Assembly: GCA_004022145.1 (NCBI GenBank)
Contig: RCNU01000006.1
Strand: one strand, 5' to 3'
From: Paecilomyces variotii
Taxonomy: Eukaryota
DNA length: 64,000 bases
Under the pieces are notes generated by a model. That model did not search any database, was not told the origin of the DNA, and was given only the letters and a program-made list of their open reading frames with translations. This document shows positions 25,849 through 39,780 of this stretch, piece after piece (position 1 is the first letter of the stretch; every line of letters starts with the position of its first letter). The position numbers and the translations under genes were made by a program.

Positions 25849-28384
25849 AAAGAATATATACATAAAAAACAGAAAAAGGAAGGACACCAAAACCAAGAAA
25901 AAGGAAGGAAGGACAAACAAAATGGGATGGTTAACTAGCATTTTGAGATACCCGGTTCTGTTCGGTCAAAACACACAAAGTCTGTGGTTGTAGTAGTCAG
26001 TATGGTGAGCCGTTGAAGAAGTCGTGGATGAGTAAATTTTCGCATGGACAAATAATGGCATATATGGTATTTTACATTTCATCATACTTTAGTTCAACAG
26101 AGCCATCATTTATGAGTAGTATAGGTAAATAGGTATCATCTCTTTTATCTGAGTTTCTTCCACAATTCGTATGAAATACCTCAGAGTAGATCTCTGGAAT
26201 CGTACTAGTAGTAGGGGAAAGAAAAAAAAAAGCCAAATATCAAGAATCTCATTCTCCTATCGCGTGTCATATTATAGGGAATGGCTTAAAATGAATCAAT
26301 ATTACATAGGTAGTCTACTCTCGTCATCTCTTACCCGAAGAAGCAGCCCAATGGATCTATGTAGATAATTTGTTATTATGTATCTCACATAGTTGAACTG
26401 CACGCGATCGCGCCATGTGGTTCCCCGACATGATCGGTCCACGAGGTCGTCTCGCAGGAATGGCACCTAGAGTAGACTAATAGAGAGTATAACTATGTAC
26501 ATATCTCGGGGTTTTAGATTGACGTCAATTGGAATTTGTACAGTACGTAGAAGGAAATAATTCGAGCGGAAAGGGAGTGCCGCGTTGGATGGAGAATCTA
26601 TTCCTGGATTACTTGAGTAGGTATTTAGTCGCAAAATTTAACCAGAGCATGATGTTATGGTCCTTACAAGTGAGTTCCATTACTCCGGCGTAGGGAATAA
26701 CTACATGGATGATCTAGAGTAGAGTAACTATGATTTATGCAGTATAGAGAGAGAGAGAGAGATAACGAGATGGTTTAACGTTTCTCCGCAGGGTCGCATC
26801 TGAAACAAAGCGGAGATGAGATCGCGAGAAAGAGGGCCTGGTGGATGAGACGGAGCCCGGTCTTTTCTCCGTTGGTCCATTGCAGATCGCATCGAGGGGG
26901 TAGTGATACCCGCGACTCGAGGGAGCGCAAGGACCAGATGGACTCGATAGGAGAATTAAATTAAGTGATTGCGCACGTCACCTCTGAAACAGTGCAGGGT
27001 TCAAGGTGATGATGGATGGAGTAAATTTAGAAAGGATGAAGTTATGGTAGAATGTCCTATGGGTATACTAATAATCGACCAGAGTCGAGTACCTCGGTAA
27101 GTACTAAGTACGGAGTAGTATCGATCATGCGTGAAGTGTTCTCTCTTCCTGCAGAAGTCGAGTCAGTTGAATCGAAACAGAGCTGTTGTTTGATGGCGGG
27201 CGCACATGGCTGCATTCAAAGGCTGCCGCGTGCCCCTGGCTGTGTGCCTGGCTGGGCGCCACTACGACTGACTACACACACCGGCGTGCCAGCATCCGGG
27301 CTGGTTCCTGGCATTATTGGTTGCAGAAGGGGGAAACGTAGCATTAGTGACAGGTCAATGGTTGCCTGTGACCAGGATCATGTAGGCTAACTGGTAACTA
27401 AGTACTGTAGTAAGTATGGTACTCTCTCCCGGCTGGTAATAATAATAATTAATACCTGCAAGGTCACTGTGGGTTGCACAGGGCGCTTTAAAACAAAGCA
27501 GCTAGCTAGACGGATGGATCATAATACCATAGTGAGTGAGGTAACTACTAGGGTAACTAGGGCAAAGATGAAAAATGATGCAAGACAAGGCAAAAAGAAA
27601 AAAAGAAGAAAAAAAGAAAAAAGGCCTCATCAGAACCAGAGGTTCACCTTCTTTGCCCCCAACTCTCAACTCCACTGCAGAATTTGGCTCCGTCGCCCTA
27701 CGAGCACCTGGAGAAAAAAGAGTGGCCCTGACCCTCAGCACGACTCACGGACCGGCTGGTCTAGTCCCTAGGTTCCTTAGATGCTCCCCCATCCCGGTGG
27801 TGGCGCCTGTGCCATGGCCCAGTGGTCCCTGGGATGATATCCTTCTTCGCCTTCATCTTTTCTGCTCCCTCGCTTCCTCTCCCTTCCACCCACCCCACCG
27901 TGCCCGAGGATTCCCTCCCTCTCTTCCTCGCTGTCCCGGGTGTCGAGATCTCTTCGCGGCCTTGTACTGTACATTCATTCTCTCTGGCGCGTCCTGGTTG
28001 TCCGCTCCTTCTCTATCTATCTATCTAACTATCTATCTATCATCCCTGATTCATTCCTTCGCCTTCTCTAGCAGAAGAGCGCTTGTCCATCCCACCAGTG
28101 CTGAGCAACTGGGTATTCCGGAGGCAAAAAAAGAAACAAAACTCAAAAAACCATTCCTTCAGAAAGAAAAAGAAAGAGAAAAACACTACTGCGATTCTCT
28201 TTGCAGGGCCGCCTGTTTCCTCAACAGTGCGACAGAAGAACAGACACATCGCCAACGTCGATCGAAGACGATAAGCCGATAAGCGACATTTCGATCGATT
28301 TGCTCTCCCAGATCAGTGATCTAGGAACACAGCATCCGAAGCTGGTCTCTACCCGACGCAGATTATCTATATTCAACCAGCATC

Positions 28385-29155
28385 ATGAGTTCTTTGACCA
28401 GAGCATTCACCAAGCGCAACAAGCGCCCTGAGGTGTCTGCGCCGATGCCCTACCGCGAAGGCATTCCTCTGCCCAAGTCCGCGAGCGTTCGCCGCCCCAA
28501 GATTTCAGGACCCATGAACTTGATCTCGACGACCAACATGCTGGCCTATAATGCGCCCGACCTGCCGTCCGCGGTCTCGTCTTCGTCTTCCTCGATCCGG
28601 TCCGGTGATGAATCGGATGTGGCTCTGACCCCTAACAGCTTCGCATCACCGATTACCTCGCCCAGTATCACGTCAGACGAGACGTCCCCCCTCGGCCCGG
28701 AGCCTAACCATCTGACGTCCTACTTTCCAAAGCGGTCCGCGACAGTCAGCAGCACCCCGCGCTCGTCTACCTCGTCGACTTCCGCGGACGCACCCGCCGT
28801 GCCCAAGCGCGCGCTCTCCCACACCAAGAGATCCCACCAGGAACTCGCCCGCAAGCGATCGATGTCGCGCATGTCTCCGCCCCCCAACTCGCTGCGTGCC
28901 GTCCGCTCCAGCCAGGACTTCTTCCAGCCCATCGACTCTGCGAGTCACCCATTCAGCCGGGAGCTGGAGCAGGTCAACGAAGTGGTGGAGGACTTTGGCG
29001 GCAGTCGTGTTGTGCTCGACGAGGAGGAACAGATCCTGTTGAACAAGGGTCTGAAGAAATTCAGCGTGGAGGACTACATCACTGAGATCGAGGAGTTATA
29101 TGGCAGCATCTTCAACGACCAGTTGGGCCCCGTGAGCAGCAGTGCCTGGCTCTAA
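28385..29155 (+). CDS. Hypothetical Ser/Pro-rich fungal protein
   Basis: Intronless 256 aa ORF, GC3-rich codons, ordered-looking C-terminal block HPFSRELEQVNEVVEDFG...GLKKFSVEDY. Confidence 0.75.
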   Translation: MSSLTRAFTKRNKRPEVSAPMPYREGIPLPKSASVRRPKISGPMNLISTTNMLAYNAPDLPSAVSSSSSSIRSGDESDVALTPNSFASPITSPSITSDETSPLGPEPNHLTSYFPKRSATVSSTPRSSTSSTSADAPAVPKRALSHTKRSHQELARKRSMSRMSPPPNSLRAVRSSQDFFQPIDSASHPFSRELEQVNEVVEDFGGSRVVLDEEEQILLNKGLKKFSVEDYITEIEELYGSIFNDQLGPVSSSAWL

Positions 29156-30314
29156 GCTTTCCAGGGAGCGCTATGTTAACGTGATGTACGACAACCACTG
29201 TACCACATAACGAAATCGAGGGAACTGGTTACTTCCCGAGATGATCGACTTTCCGTTCTTGAGTCGTCTTCCTTCGTACGGGAGACGGCTCCTTCTTTTT
29301 CTTTTCGCCTTATTATTCGGATTCGTGTTACATATTGTGACATTATGACGTCCGTGGTGCAGTGACCACGGATCGACTTAGGGATATGGGATATGAACAT
29401 AGTTTATGGCAGGATGCCTGGGTGGCGATTCTCGGTTTGCTCTTTTGCTGTTCTCTCAAGGGGGTCACTGTATTGTCCTCTGGCATATGGTGACTCACTT
29501 GGCTCATGGTTTTTTTCATTCAGACGAGTCCGCTCGATCCGAATATCCTTCGTTATCTGATCATGAGTGTTTCTTTTCTTCCGTTTACGAGCGGGGGTCG
29601 TTCATAGCGTGCAGTCCACAATCTGTGGTACATATGGTATTTCCTTCCTTTTCGTTTTATGGCGTCCGTTTTATGGCGTCCGCTAGAATTAACGTATCTA
29701 CAAATGGATCTCTTTTCTCCCATCCTTGCCTACAGTCCACCAATATCAGCGTGTTAAATGATGTCTTTTTACCTCCACGACGCGTCTGTGCATAGTTCCA
29801 TATAACCCAACTAGGTAACTTAGGGTTGGATCCATCGTGACCAATGAGCGCTAGACAAGCCCGGCGCACGGACATCAATCAGCCAGTCACGGGCCCCACG
29901 GCAGAAAAAAGCTGGTCTTCTTCACCGCCCGTCGATTCTTTTTTCGCTTTTCTCTCCGCCTGCTGTGTTACCCTCCATCCATCGTGGTGCTGACGCTCGT
30001 CTGTCTGCTTCCCCTCCGTCACGAAGAGACGCGACCAATATCGATCCGGGCAGACAGACGGGGCTGATTGACAGTCAAGAGTCATCTCTTTCAACTTAAT
30101 TGAGAAACCGCTCCAGGACACTTCCCTCTCGAGTGGTAGTGTCGTCAGTGTCGTGTGCTCCCTGTGTCGACCATCATAACGCCTCCACGGTCGAGCGTTC
30201 AAGAGCGACAAAAGACCACATCCAGCCGATTCTGGACAGGAGCGGTCCTGCCAATGGAAAGATATCAGTCTTGTCCATCGAACACTGCAGAAATATCCTA
30301 CCGGTCGAGCTGAT

Positions 30315-32498
30315 ATGGTATCCCTGGCCCCCGCTTCGGGTAAGCCTGGCACGGCGACCTCGAGACCCCCCTCGAAGATGGTAGTTTCATCCCCCGCGCC
30401 AATATTGAAAACATCCAAACCCGTCGATAACGCCGCCACCACGTCTGCGGGGACGAAGCGCAAGATGTCCGAGATGGACCTTTCTTCCTCTCCACCCTCG
30501 TCCGCTGCTTCGGATGCCGGCGGCGCTGGGCCTAGCCCGAAGAAGCGTGCAAGGGTCCAGTTTGATTCTGAAGTCAAGACGCGAAGTTTGCCGCCGAATG
30601 AAAGTATGAGTGGTTCGGAGCCAGAGAAGAGTGCTGCTGTTGTTCGGGAGGAGGTGCGCAGGGCGATCCAGAGACACCTGTCGGGCGCAGATAGTGAGGC
30701 GTATGATCGAATAAAGGAGATCTTTTCGGCCGATCCCAAGAAGATGGAAGAGGATGGGTCCTTGCCTTATGGCTTGCCCTCGCATACGACGTTGAAGCAC
30801 CATCTGATGGGTTTGCTGTCCAACGTCGCGTCGCTTGATAGGAACTGTACCGGTCTGGTTCATTCAGTGTTGGATAGCGAGTGGCTTGGAAGAGACGAGT
30901 CGTATGTCAAACTCTACATTCGATTTCTCGGAAATCTTGCTGCGGCGCAAGGAGGCTATTTGGGCTCCGTGCTCAAGATGCTGGTCGGCTATCTGGGCGA
31001 AGGTAAGAGATGCTCCTCCGCCCGTGTAGTTTGTTCTAGCTGACAGCTTCGCGGCACAGTACCCAAAGGCACCGGCAAACTACCAGGCTACCCCCGCGTT
31101 AACACCGCCGAAATCTACGCCAGAGTCCATATGGCACTCCGCTACATCATGAACTTGATCCCTGCTGGAAGTGGCGCCCTGTCACCCATCCTCTCCATGC
31201 AGTTTCCCTTTGACACCGACTCCGTCAAGGCCAACGTCGCCTACACCAGGAATCTCATCAAGGTCATCGAGTATACGCCCGAACTGCAGGCAGATATCCT
31301 CGCTCTCGTCACAGAGAAGCTCGTAAAGATCGATGTGCAGATTCAAGTCGATATGGAAGACATTGAAGATGAGGCTGGAGAAGACCTAGTGCAGGATATC
31401 GCCTCGCCGGAACGGATCGCTCTGGCCGATGACGACTCGGACGCAGAGTCTGTTGCGAGCGATGATTCAATCGACGTCGACATGCGCCAGTTAAAGGCTG
31501 TCAAGGACAAGATTCACAAGCTCGACTGCATGATCGACACGCTATTCGAGTACTATGCTCCGCCTTTCACTTCGGGTTCCCTGGATGACAAAGAGAACGC
31601 CCTTGATCTCCTTCTGAGCCATTTCCAGAGCATCATCCTTCCTACGTACCGCTCTCGTCATTCCCAGTTCCTCCTCTTCCATTTCTCACAATCTTCCCCT
31701 ATCCTTGTTGACCGCTTCGCCACTACTTGCATCCAACTCATCTTCAACAAGCTACAGCCGGGTATCACACGCCAGTCTGCGGCGGCATACCTCGCAAGCT
31801 TCGTCGCACGAGGTGCTCATGTCTCCAGCGAGGTGGTGCGCGATGTGTTTGACCTTCTGGGCACGCATCTGAACAATCTACGTTCTGAGTACGAGGAGGC
31901 TTGCCGTGGTCCCGATCTTCGACGGTATGGCCCGTTCTATTCCACTGCGCAGGCATTGCTCTACATCTTCTGCTTCCGCTGGCGTGATCTTACGACGGCT
32001 GCGCTCGAGAGTGACGATGCCAGCAATCTGGATGACATCGATCTGGAGGATGTTTCCTTCCCGATGTCTATCAAGGAGATCCTCCATCAGACCATCTACT
32101 CGAAGCTGAATCCGCTAAAGGTGTGCTCTCCCGCCATTGTGTCCGAGTTCGCTCGCATTGCACACCATCTTCGCTTCCTTTATGTCTTCCCGCTCCTGGA
32201 GACGAACAAGAGACTCCGTATCTCTTCGTTCCGCAGCATCTCAGCCATGGCCGATCCCCGCTTCAGCCAGATTGAGCGGGAGACCCGAGCTGGTGATGAC
32301 GGTGGCTACCAGCTAGATGCCTACTTCCCGTTTGATCCCTACCAGCTCCCGCGAAGCCGGCGGTGGTTGGAGAACGATTATGTCGAGTGGCGCGGCATCC
32401 CTGGAGTCGATGACCGCGACGATGACTCGGACAGCGAAGCGGATGAAGGTGAGGAGGATCATGACGACGTCGTCAGCACTGATGGCGAGGATGACTGA
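30315..32498 (+). CDS. RRN3: RNA polymerase I transcription initiation factor Rrn3; intron ~31002-31059
   Basis: EKLVKIDVQIQ, ILPTYRSRHSQFLLF, AAAYLASFVARG, QALLYIFCFRW, LNPLKVC and YFPFDPYQLP motifs. Confidence 0.93.
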
Positions 32499-33706
32499 AA
32501 TGTCATCCCATCAGCAGTTCCAAGTACTCTGTTATTTTATCTATTCAACGAGTGGCCAGCGAATGCCTGGAAAAAGTCTGGTATCTTTCAAGCTTTTGTT
32601 TGTTTCGTGATTATTATTTAGCGCGGCGCCTGGAGCGATCATCTTCACACAACCTATGGCATGTGTTGAAATGTTTCCACTTTCTCTTGTTACATTACGA
32701 CCCGATGGATAGTTACATATCTATCCTGATCTGGATGAAGATGTGAAAAAAGTGCAATATTGTAGGTAGAAAAAAATGTTAAAATTTATGGATCCAAAAT
32801 ACATCTCCTAGTAAACATTATCAAATTACCCCGTCGAACAACATCCTCAGCAGTATAACCTCAATCAAATCGACATACCGAGGAAGCCCTCGCTTTCTAT
32901 TATATGTGCAGTATTTCTGGTCTTAGAGAATAGTTTATCAATTTAATACACAAGTCATCAAAAAAAAAATCAAACTGCGCTTATTTATATCTCCTATAGA
33001 TACAGGCGGGCTTCTATAAATAATAGATGTTTAACTTAAGTCTACCTCTATTTATACTGTGTATTTCCTGGATAATTATAAAGATCTAGGATCACGGAAG
33101 CAAAAGACTCTGAAAAGAAGCATGTAAAACAGAAATGTATTCTTGATTGCTTACAGTAGAGAACTAGAGGATACTGGAATCTATTAGCTATTTATGCCCC
33201 ATAGATTTACTTACTTCATCCTGATTACCTGGAGCACTGCCTCCAGACACTTATTTCGAGCATTTTTACTAATTCCCGCGTGTCTCATTTGATTCTATAT
33301 TGGTGGCTTTATGGTTTGATTACCTATCCTACCTCCCTTTCAGCGGAGTTGTATGTATGTATGTACATATAAGCCGTTTGCAGCTCGTTTCCAAAGAAGC
33401 CGTGAGCGCCGACAATAATATATATATATATTATATATTGATTATTACATGGGATAAATGATCTAAAATTATACAGATTGTCACCGGTGTTGTATGATCT
33501 GGATAGCGGAAATATGGAGTCATCATAATAAGTAAGTCATATTATCATTGCAGTCTATTGAATCGGTCTATGTGAACATTATCTGGACGGCCTCGAGCAA
33601 CAAACTGAGAAGTAAACAAGTGGTAGAGTACAACAGGGCGGCCAGAGGCGCTGAAATAGGGTATTGTGGTGAAAATGAACTGTGGAATATGCAGAGGCGA
33701 GAAGAA

Positions 33707-35053
33707 TCAGCACGAAACAGCTTGGTCAACCAAGTTCCAGAAGGCGACTTCTAGGTAACGAGAGACATCGGTTGAGCCGTCCTCTTTCAGACAGCCGTCG
33801 CCCGTACTCATCTTGATGTCTTCCCATTCCCTCCAGTGCCTATCGAATTCTTCGCCCATTCCTGATGCGTTCAGGATTTCGGATACTCTCCAATGGCAGT
33901 CTAGTAGAACTGCACTTGGCAATGGGACATCCTCTGCGCCGTTTGCTTGCTGGAGAGTTACTCTTCCCACCTTGGCAATCTCTCTTTTCACATGTCCAGA
34001 AATAGCACGGCGGTATGTCTTAGGATCGTAGATATGAGGGGTTTCCTAGATAGTTATGTAGTATACATTAGTAAGCCACACTCTTTGCATAACTATAACT
34101 AGCTAGTTAGTTAATATGTATTAGTATGAGACGTACAGTGGGGACAAAAGAAAACGCGAAGTTTCCGAAGGACTTATGGATATCATCCCTCAAAGTGATG
34201 CCATTTGACCGATCGTTGATACTCTCGATGCCCATTTTGATATGGCGGATCCCAGGAAAATACCGGAAGAGGGTCTCCCATATCTGGCTCACATCATGTG
34301 TGGAGCCCTATACTTTAATCAGCACTTGTATCTAAACTAAACAGGTACTCATTAGGCGCTATACTTACTTACCGGAGTAGGTTTCCATGAGGCTAAAGGA
34401 AATGGAATGATGTGGGTAGCATCGAGGTCTTCGCAATCGATATCATCTGGTTCTCCCATCTCCAGCCATTTGTCCCTGTCAAGGCCGTTGGTGATCACGC
34501 AACGGTGATTATCGCGACGGAGTATATCTGCACGGAACTTGTCCTGTTGCTTCTGCGGTTCTTCTTCTGGAATTGAGGCTACGATCTCGACATCTTCTTC
34601 TCTCTTGGCAATCGGAGTTCGGGAAACAGAACTGCTGCCTGCCGCTTTCACTGCATGAAAACTCAGATGGGTGAATTTTATGGTAGATATTTTGATTGAT
34701 TATTAGGAATGCCCCGCAGTGAACTTACTGGGGAATAGAAGACATGTACGAATGTTCTGGAACATGTCATATAGCATATCATCTGTTATGCTTTTAAGCA
34801 TGTCATGAGCCGCGGACTCTCGGCCCTCTTCGGGTAACCAATCGAGTAAAGCGATCATGCAGGGCTTGAGCTTCTCGTCGCCCTTCCTCGCCTTCTTACT
34901 AGAGGCAGATTCATAGCGATTGATCCGCTCTTTGGTGAGGCGGGCGAGTTCAGGCCATGTCTCTGGTGGCTCTGGCTCAACTGCTGGGTTGAGGCGGGCT
35001 GACTTCCGCCTTGGCTGAGGCGTCTCCAGCGTTGCTTTGCGCTTCGGCGGCAT
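33707..35053 (-). CDS. Fungal HNH-endonuclease domain protein; 4 exons (~35053-34729, ~34650-34372, ~34309-34137, ~34047-33707)
   Basis: RRDNHRCVITNG, ATHIIPF, NGITLRDDIHKSFGNF and LPSAVLLDCHWRVSEILNASG; canonical splice sites between the ORF pieces. Confidence 0.82.
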
Positions 35054-35388
35054 GATTAATCTAGATGGAAGAATGAAAAGGGAATTTGGAAAAGCAGGCG
35101 ATCCTCAGGATTGTTGATTGGGGGAGGTCTGGGAGCTACTAAACGCTAAGTAAGTAAAGTAAGTACTACTACGTACCATAGTTTGTGTAGGTAACCCCGC
35201 TTCAATTTGTGTTTCCAGAGTTGATAACTTAGTTAACAAAAAAAAGTTCCATTGTTGCTGACATGATACATCTAACCACAGCGTTAAGTTAAGTAGTTAT
35301 AGTTATGACACCGTGGACACGATCTTCCAATAGTTCAGCTCGTGTTCGTACACAGAACAAGGAACATCTTCCAGCTACTCTTGAGGAT

Positions 35389-36152
35389 TTAGTTGCCGCT
35401 GGTACTCGAGTTTGACATCTGGACAGCAAAGACTCCACCAAATGGACCGTTCTCATTGTTGTTGGAAACCTTGACCAGGCATAGATTGCTGATACCGTTT
35501 ATAGTGCCGGTGCAAGAGGTGCCGGCAGGGATCTCGACCGCGAATGGCTATTAATATGTTAGTCATGCTGCTCTGGATGACTTTGGGGGGGGGTTTCATG
35601 TCGTCAAGGAATACTTACATAGTCCTCATTGACGTTTTCAGCACGCTTGCTAAGAGGTTTGTACATGCGGTCCATCAACCAACGCTTCTTGTTGGGAGCC
35701 GCGATGAAGCCATTGTTGCCAGGGGGCTGAGTAGAGACAGTAGCCTGCTTGGCAGTAGACCACTTCCCAGAGGCAGATTCGTCAATCAGCGCTTCCAACG
35801 GACCGGCGCCATCAGTGGTAACGATGTGGTATGTGCCCTTGACAGACCCGCCGCTGCTGACCTGCGGCAGCGTGGAGCCTGACTGCGCCATAGCCTTGCT
35901 CAGGTCACTCAGCTGGTTGTTACCGGCCTCATCGGTGTATCCAATATCCTGATCGGTGCGGATATCTTTAGACCAGAAGACGGTCGTGTCGACCTCTGTC
36001 ATGTAGTTCGGGCCAGCTCCGGGGACAGCAGCTCCCCTGATACCGAGAGCAGTGCCATTGCCACCCTGGTCTCCGGTAACGACGGCCACCTTTCCGTGAG
36101 CTGCGACAAGGGGAGCTAGGGCTAGGGCGTAGAGGAAAGTTGAGGGGTGCAT
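35389..36152 (-). CDS. Secreted Egh16/GAS1-like (DUF3129) cell-surface protein; one intron ~35548-35618
   Basis: Signal peptide then His-Gly (AAHGKV), GGNGTALG, EVDTTVF, DGAGP; exon 2 PFAVEIPAGTSCTG..CLVKVSN..GPFGG. Confidence 0.85.
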
Positions 36153-38572
36153 TTTGTATTGATTTTTGCAGAGATTCGATTGGTTCTTGATTCAAAAAAG
36201 GTGAAAGGGTAATAATAATTGAAGATAAACTTAATGAACTTGATAATGACTGCTATATGTAGGAATGTAGTGATCCAAATAAAAAAAGAATGTCACGAAT
36301 CAATCGGACGATGAAAGAAAGAATCAGAAGGACTTGCTGTTCTGTGTGATGCTGAGCAGAAAATTGATGGATGGCATACACGATATTTATAACCTTTGAA
36401 TCACTCCCTTTCGATCTCCATCATCTTCGGTCGATGTCGCTGTCGGGTTTGTTTTACTCTAGCGCTCCATCACCATGTTTCCTAGTCAGTTTCAGCAGCA
36501 AGATTTCTAAGCCATTTCCTGCAAGCTCCTGTAAACGAAACGCCCCATTATTGATGATACTAACTGTGAGGTTTCCAGACTGGTCGAAGTAGGCGGTACT
36601 TTCCTTTACCATCATGCAGGGCGAAGTAGGTAGCCGAACGATCCGAACCCATACAGTAGGGAAGACCCATAAGGGAATGCAATAGTGCTTTCATATGTCC
36701 GTCGTTATAGAGATATCCAACCACAGCGCCACAAGACTCAATGGTGCGGTATCTCACCTATAGTCCGGCGCTGTCTCAAACAAGAATTCAGGCAAGACTT
36801 TGATTCTAGTCGGAGCTTTCACAATATCAGAGCCATTGGGGCGGTAGCTTTCTTTTCCGTCACGAGCTGTCCAAAGAAAAAGAAAGCATTCATCGCATAA
36901 ACGTTTCAACTGCACGTCCCTTCGGTTTTACCTGCAATAAGAGCTCTTCTCTTCGCTAGGCTGGCAGGTCTCTCTATCTGCTCGGATCGCGTTTCACATG
37001 ACTTGGACATGCGTGGCGTGTTGTTCTGTTTGTATTATCTCTTCCGGCGAAATAATAGATGCGAAGTTTGTTCTGGCATGTATGTCCGTTGTCGACATTT
37101 TTGAGATAGTGCATGATCTGTATGCCAATGATCGTTTCAAGTCACGCTCCAGACCCTTGCAAAGTAGAAAATTGATGGCTCCTCTCCGCCCATCCGCTCC
37201 CCTTCACCATGAAAGACCATCTGAACTGCGGCGCGTTTTGCTGTCTTCTAGACTTAAGAATATGTCCAATCTTAGGGGTACCCATGACTAGACATGTGGA
37301 TACTCCTTATGTTTTTGAGAGACAGTACAATTGATTAGTGACCTCGACTATTGTAGTCTGCAGCAGCGGGGAATACTTAGCGCGAGGACTCATTTCTTTG
37401 CATAAAATATCCAAACCCACCGCGACCGATTTATTTGTTGGACCAAAGAGTGAAGGCCATATCGATTACTGATGCGAGGCTCTCCATGTTGATGGTTGGT
37501 ATGTCTTGGTTCCATCTATTGGCGGCTTTCACGCTCGAACTTTGAGGACACAGTTTGATCTATGTGTCATGATCTCCCTATGCACGTCAAACAGTCTCGG
37601 CTACAAATGGGCTAAGGAAAGACGGATCAACAATCGGTCGGATAGAACCGAGATCGTACATACATCATCCCATAAGGATGGTGGATCCTTTTGCTCGCAA
37701 GCCAGGGAAGTCTAACCGAGAAGGTGAAACAGAATGTAACCAGCGTGTCTCTGGAGGTCAGTTTCAAATCTTTAACCGAAACACGATGTCGGACGAATGA
37801 CATGGATGTCTGCCGATATTAGTGTCTAGAGGAAACACCCGAAACAGGTCCATACTCGACAATCGGGATTGTTCTGAGAACCCCTTTGAGGTGGTTCGTA
37901 TGGAAGCATCGTTGGTGGGATACTATGAAAATTACTCGAATGGTCAAAACACCGTACTTATAGTCTAGGGGAAATTTCGGCCCAATGCATTGAGGGAGCT
38001 GCTCATGATGATCGCTTGGAACATGGCCTAGCCTCGAACTCGAGGGAAAAAAGAGAAGAAGCCCAAATTAATATGAACATAATATGGCACGTTTGGTTAT
38101 GAGATCCATTCAAGTTGACGGTACTTAACCCCTAGCAAGATTATTCAACAGCCTTACCGGAAATGGTACTTGCTTTCTGATCCGTCTATGCACAGGTTTC
38201 ATACTACCATTCTGCTAGGATCAATGTGGGAAGAGATTACGAAGAGCAATGGACTCAAGTCTTGGTTGAAAATATATTTCTCTTATGTTGGATGCTTCAT
38301 TGAGTCGTCCTAATTTACGAGACTACAATTCTTCATTTTCCATATTCAGCTGTACTCTTCGGCTCTCTTGCGCCAGTCCTTACTAAGGGGAAATGCCCAG
38401 ATTAGTCTCGCTACGATTTGTTGAGGAGCTATCAGTCCGATGTACCAGTGGAGGAAATGCCTCTCTCCATGTCATAATGGGTGCAGTCTTCCAATGATGA
38501 CCCCACATGGCCGTTTAGGCTGACATAGATATTCTATCAGCTGGCTTTCAATGTTCAACTAATATCATGGTG

Positions 38573-39780
38573 TTACATGTAGTCTCTTCCAGGCAACGGA
38601 AACTTTAGGTCTCCGTTATCACCGTTATGAAGACCATTAGGTGGTGCAGCTAGAGTTACTCTCCTCTTTTTCGCGCTCGTCTGGTGAACGCCGCGACTCA
38701 AGCTGTCCCACTCAGTTATCTCTTTCTCGGCTTTCCGGACCTTGCTTTCCAATTCCTGGTTTGATATTTCTAGCCTTTCGATCAAAAGGTGAAGCTGATC
38801 GATTTCTGCAGCCAAGGAGTGTGTGCTATCACTGTTTGCCATAAGCCGCCGAGTCAACTTCCTCGTTACATCCACTGCGAAGTCTCCGCCTTCTGCCATG
38901 AGCATGTCGAGACTCTCTCCCGCAAGCGCGGTGAATCTCAGGGCGACAAATTGCGATAGCAATTTCCTGGCCGGGTTTTGCTGTACCTTGGCGCTCGGCG
39001 TTGCGTCGTATATGATATGGACGGCATCCGCAAGGTACGAGAATAGAGATCGTGTTTCGGACTCGTCGAGAAGAATGAGAACTTGCGTAAGGCGCTGTAA
39101 GGCTAGCTGCTCAAGTTGCGGGAGCAGAAAGCGATGCGCGAAAGAGTAAACCTTTGCGTGAATAAGGATTGCAGCTCCTATGCCAACATCGGGATCCTGG
39201 GCCGTTTTGCGCACAGTACCCGCAGCGGTTTTGACACTTTCTGCGGGTAATCCGGCTTTGATACATCGGCTCAAGGGAGTTAGAGGCCGATCAGGAACAG
39301 GTTCATCGGTCTCTGAACATTCAGCAACGGTAGACTTTATATCTACCTGTTCGCTGACGCCTGCAATTGAATTAGCCGAATCGTCTCCAACCTGGGGGTT
39401 ATTTTCCACTTTTACCTTTGCGAATGTCGATATAACCTTGTTCAGACGGTAACTCATCCTCAGCAGTCGACTGTGGAGTTACATAATAATCCTGAGTGTA
39501 GAGGTAACTCAGAACGCATGCGACGGTTTGCTCATCGCAATCGGTCCAATCAAGTGTGGTCTCGCCATTGCTCCAAGATTCTTTCAGTCGAGTGTTCAAG
39601 GCGGACGAACCATGGAGCCTTAAGACACCTGGATGTACGTAGTAGTCTTTTGCATCTCCCCCGACAATGATTTTGACCGGACGTTCGGAGAATATCCTGC
39701 GTTATGTTAGACTTCGTGCACAGGAGTGGAGAAAGAAATTTTAACCTGTTCATATGGTGATGCACTACATGTGGACCCAT
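38573..39780 (-). CDS. BTB/POZ-domain protein with a C-terminal coiled coil; two introns
   Basis: Spliced reading PVKIIVGGDAKDYYVHPGVL...DEQTVACVLSYLYTQDY; LIHAKVYSFAHRFLLPQLEQLALQRL; a GTAAAA..GCAG intron joins the two ORF-track pieces in frame. Confidence 0.8.

Noticed and set aside
27575-28282. 235-aa ORF upstream of the 28385 gene
   Set aside because: Low-complexity promoter/UTR sequence (A-tracts, CT-rich) with no protein-like features.
29879-30739. 286-aa antisense ORF and similar shadow ORFs over DIP2, PWP1, erdS and the NLR
   Set aside because: They overlap well-supported genes and are expected from codon bias.
38573-39599. Frameshifted BTB pseudogene
   Set aside because: A canonical intron with a branch point joins the two ORFs in frame.
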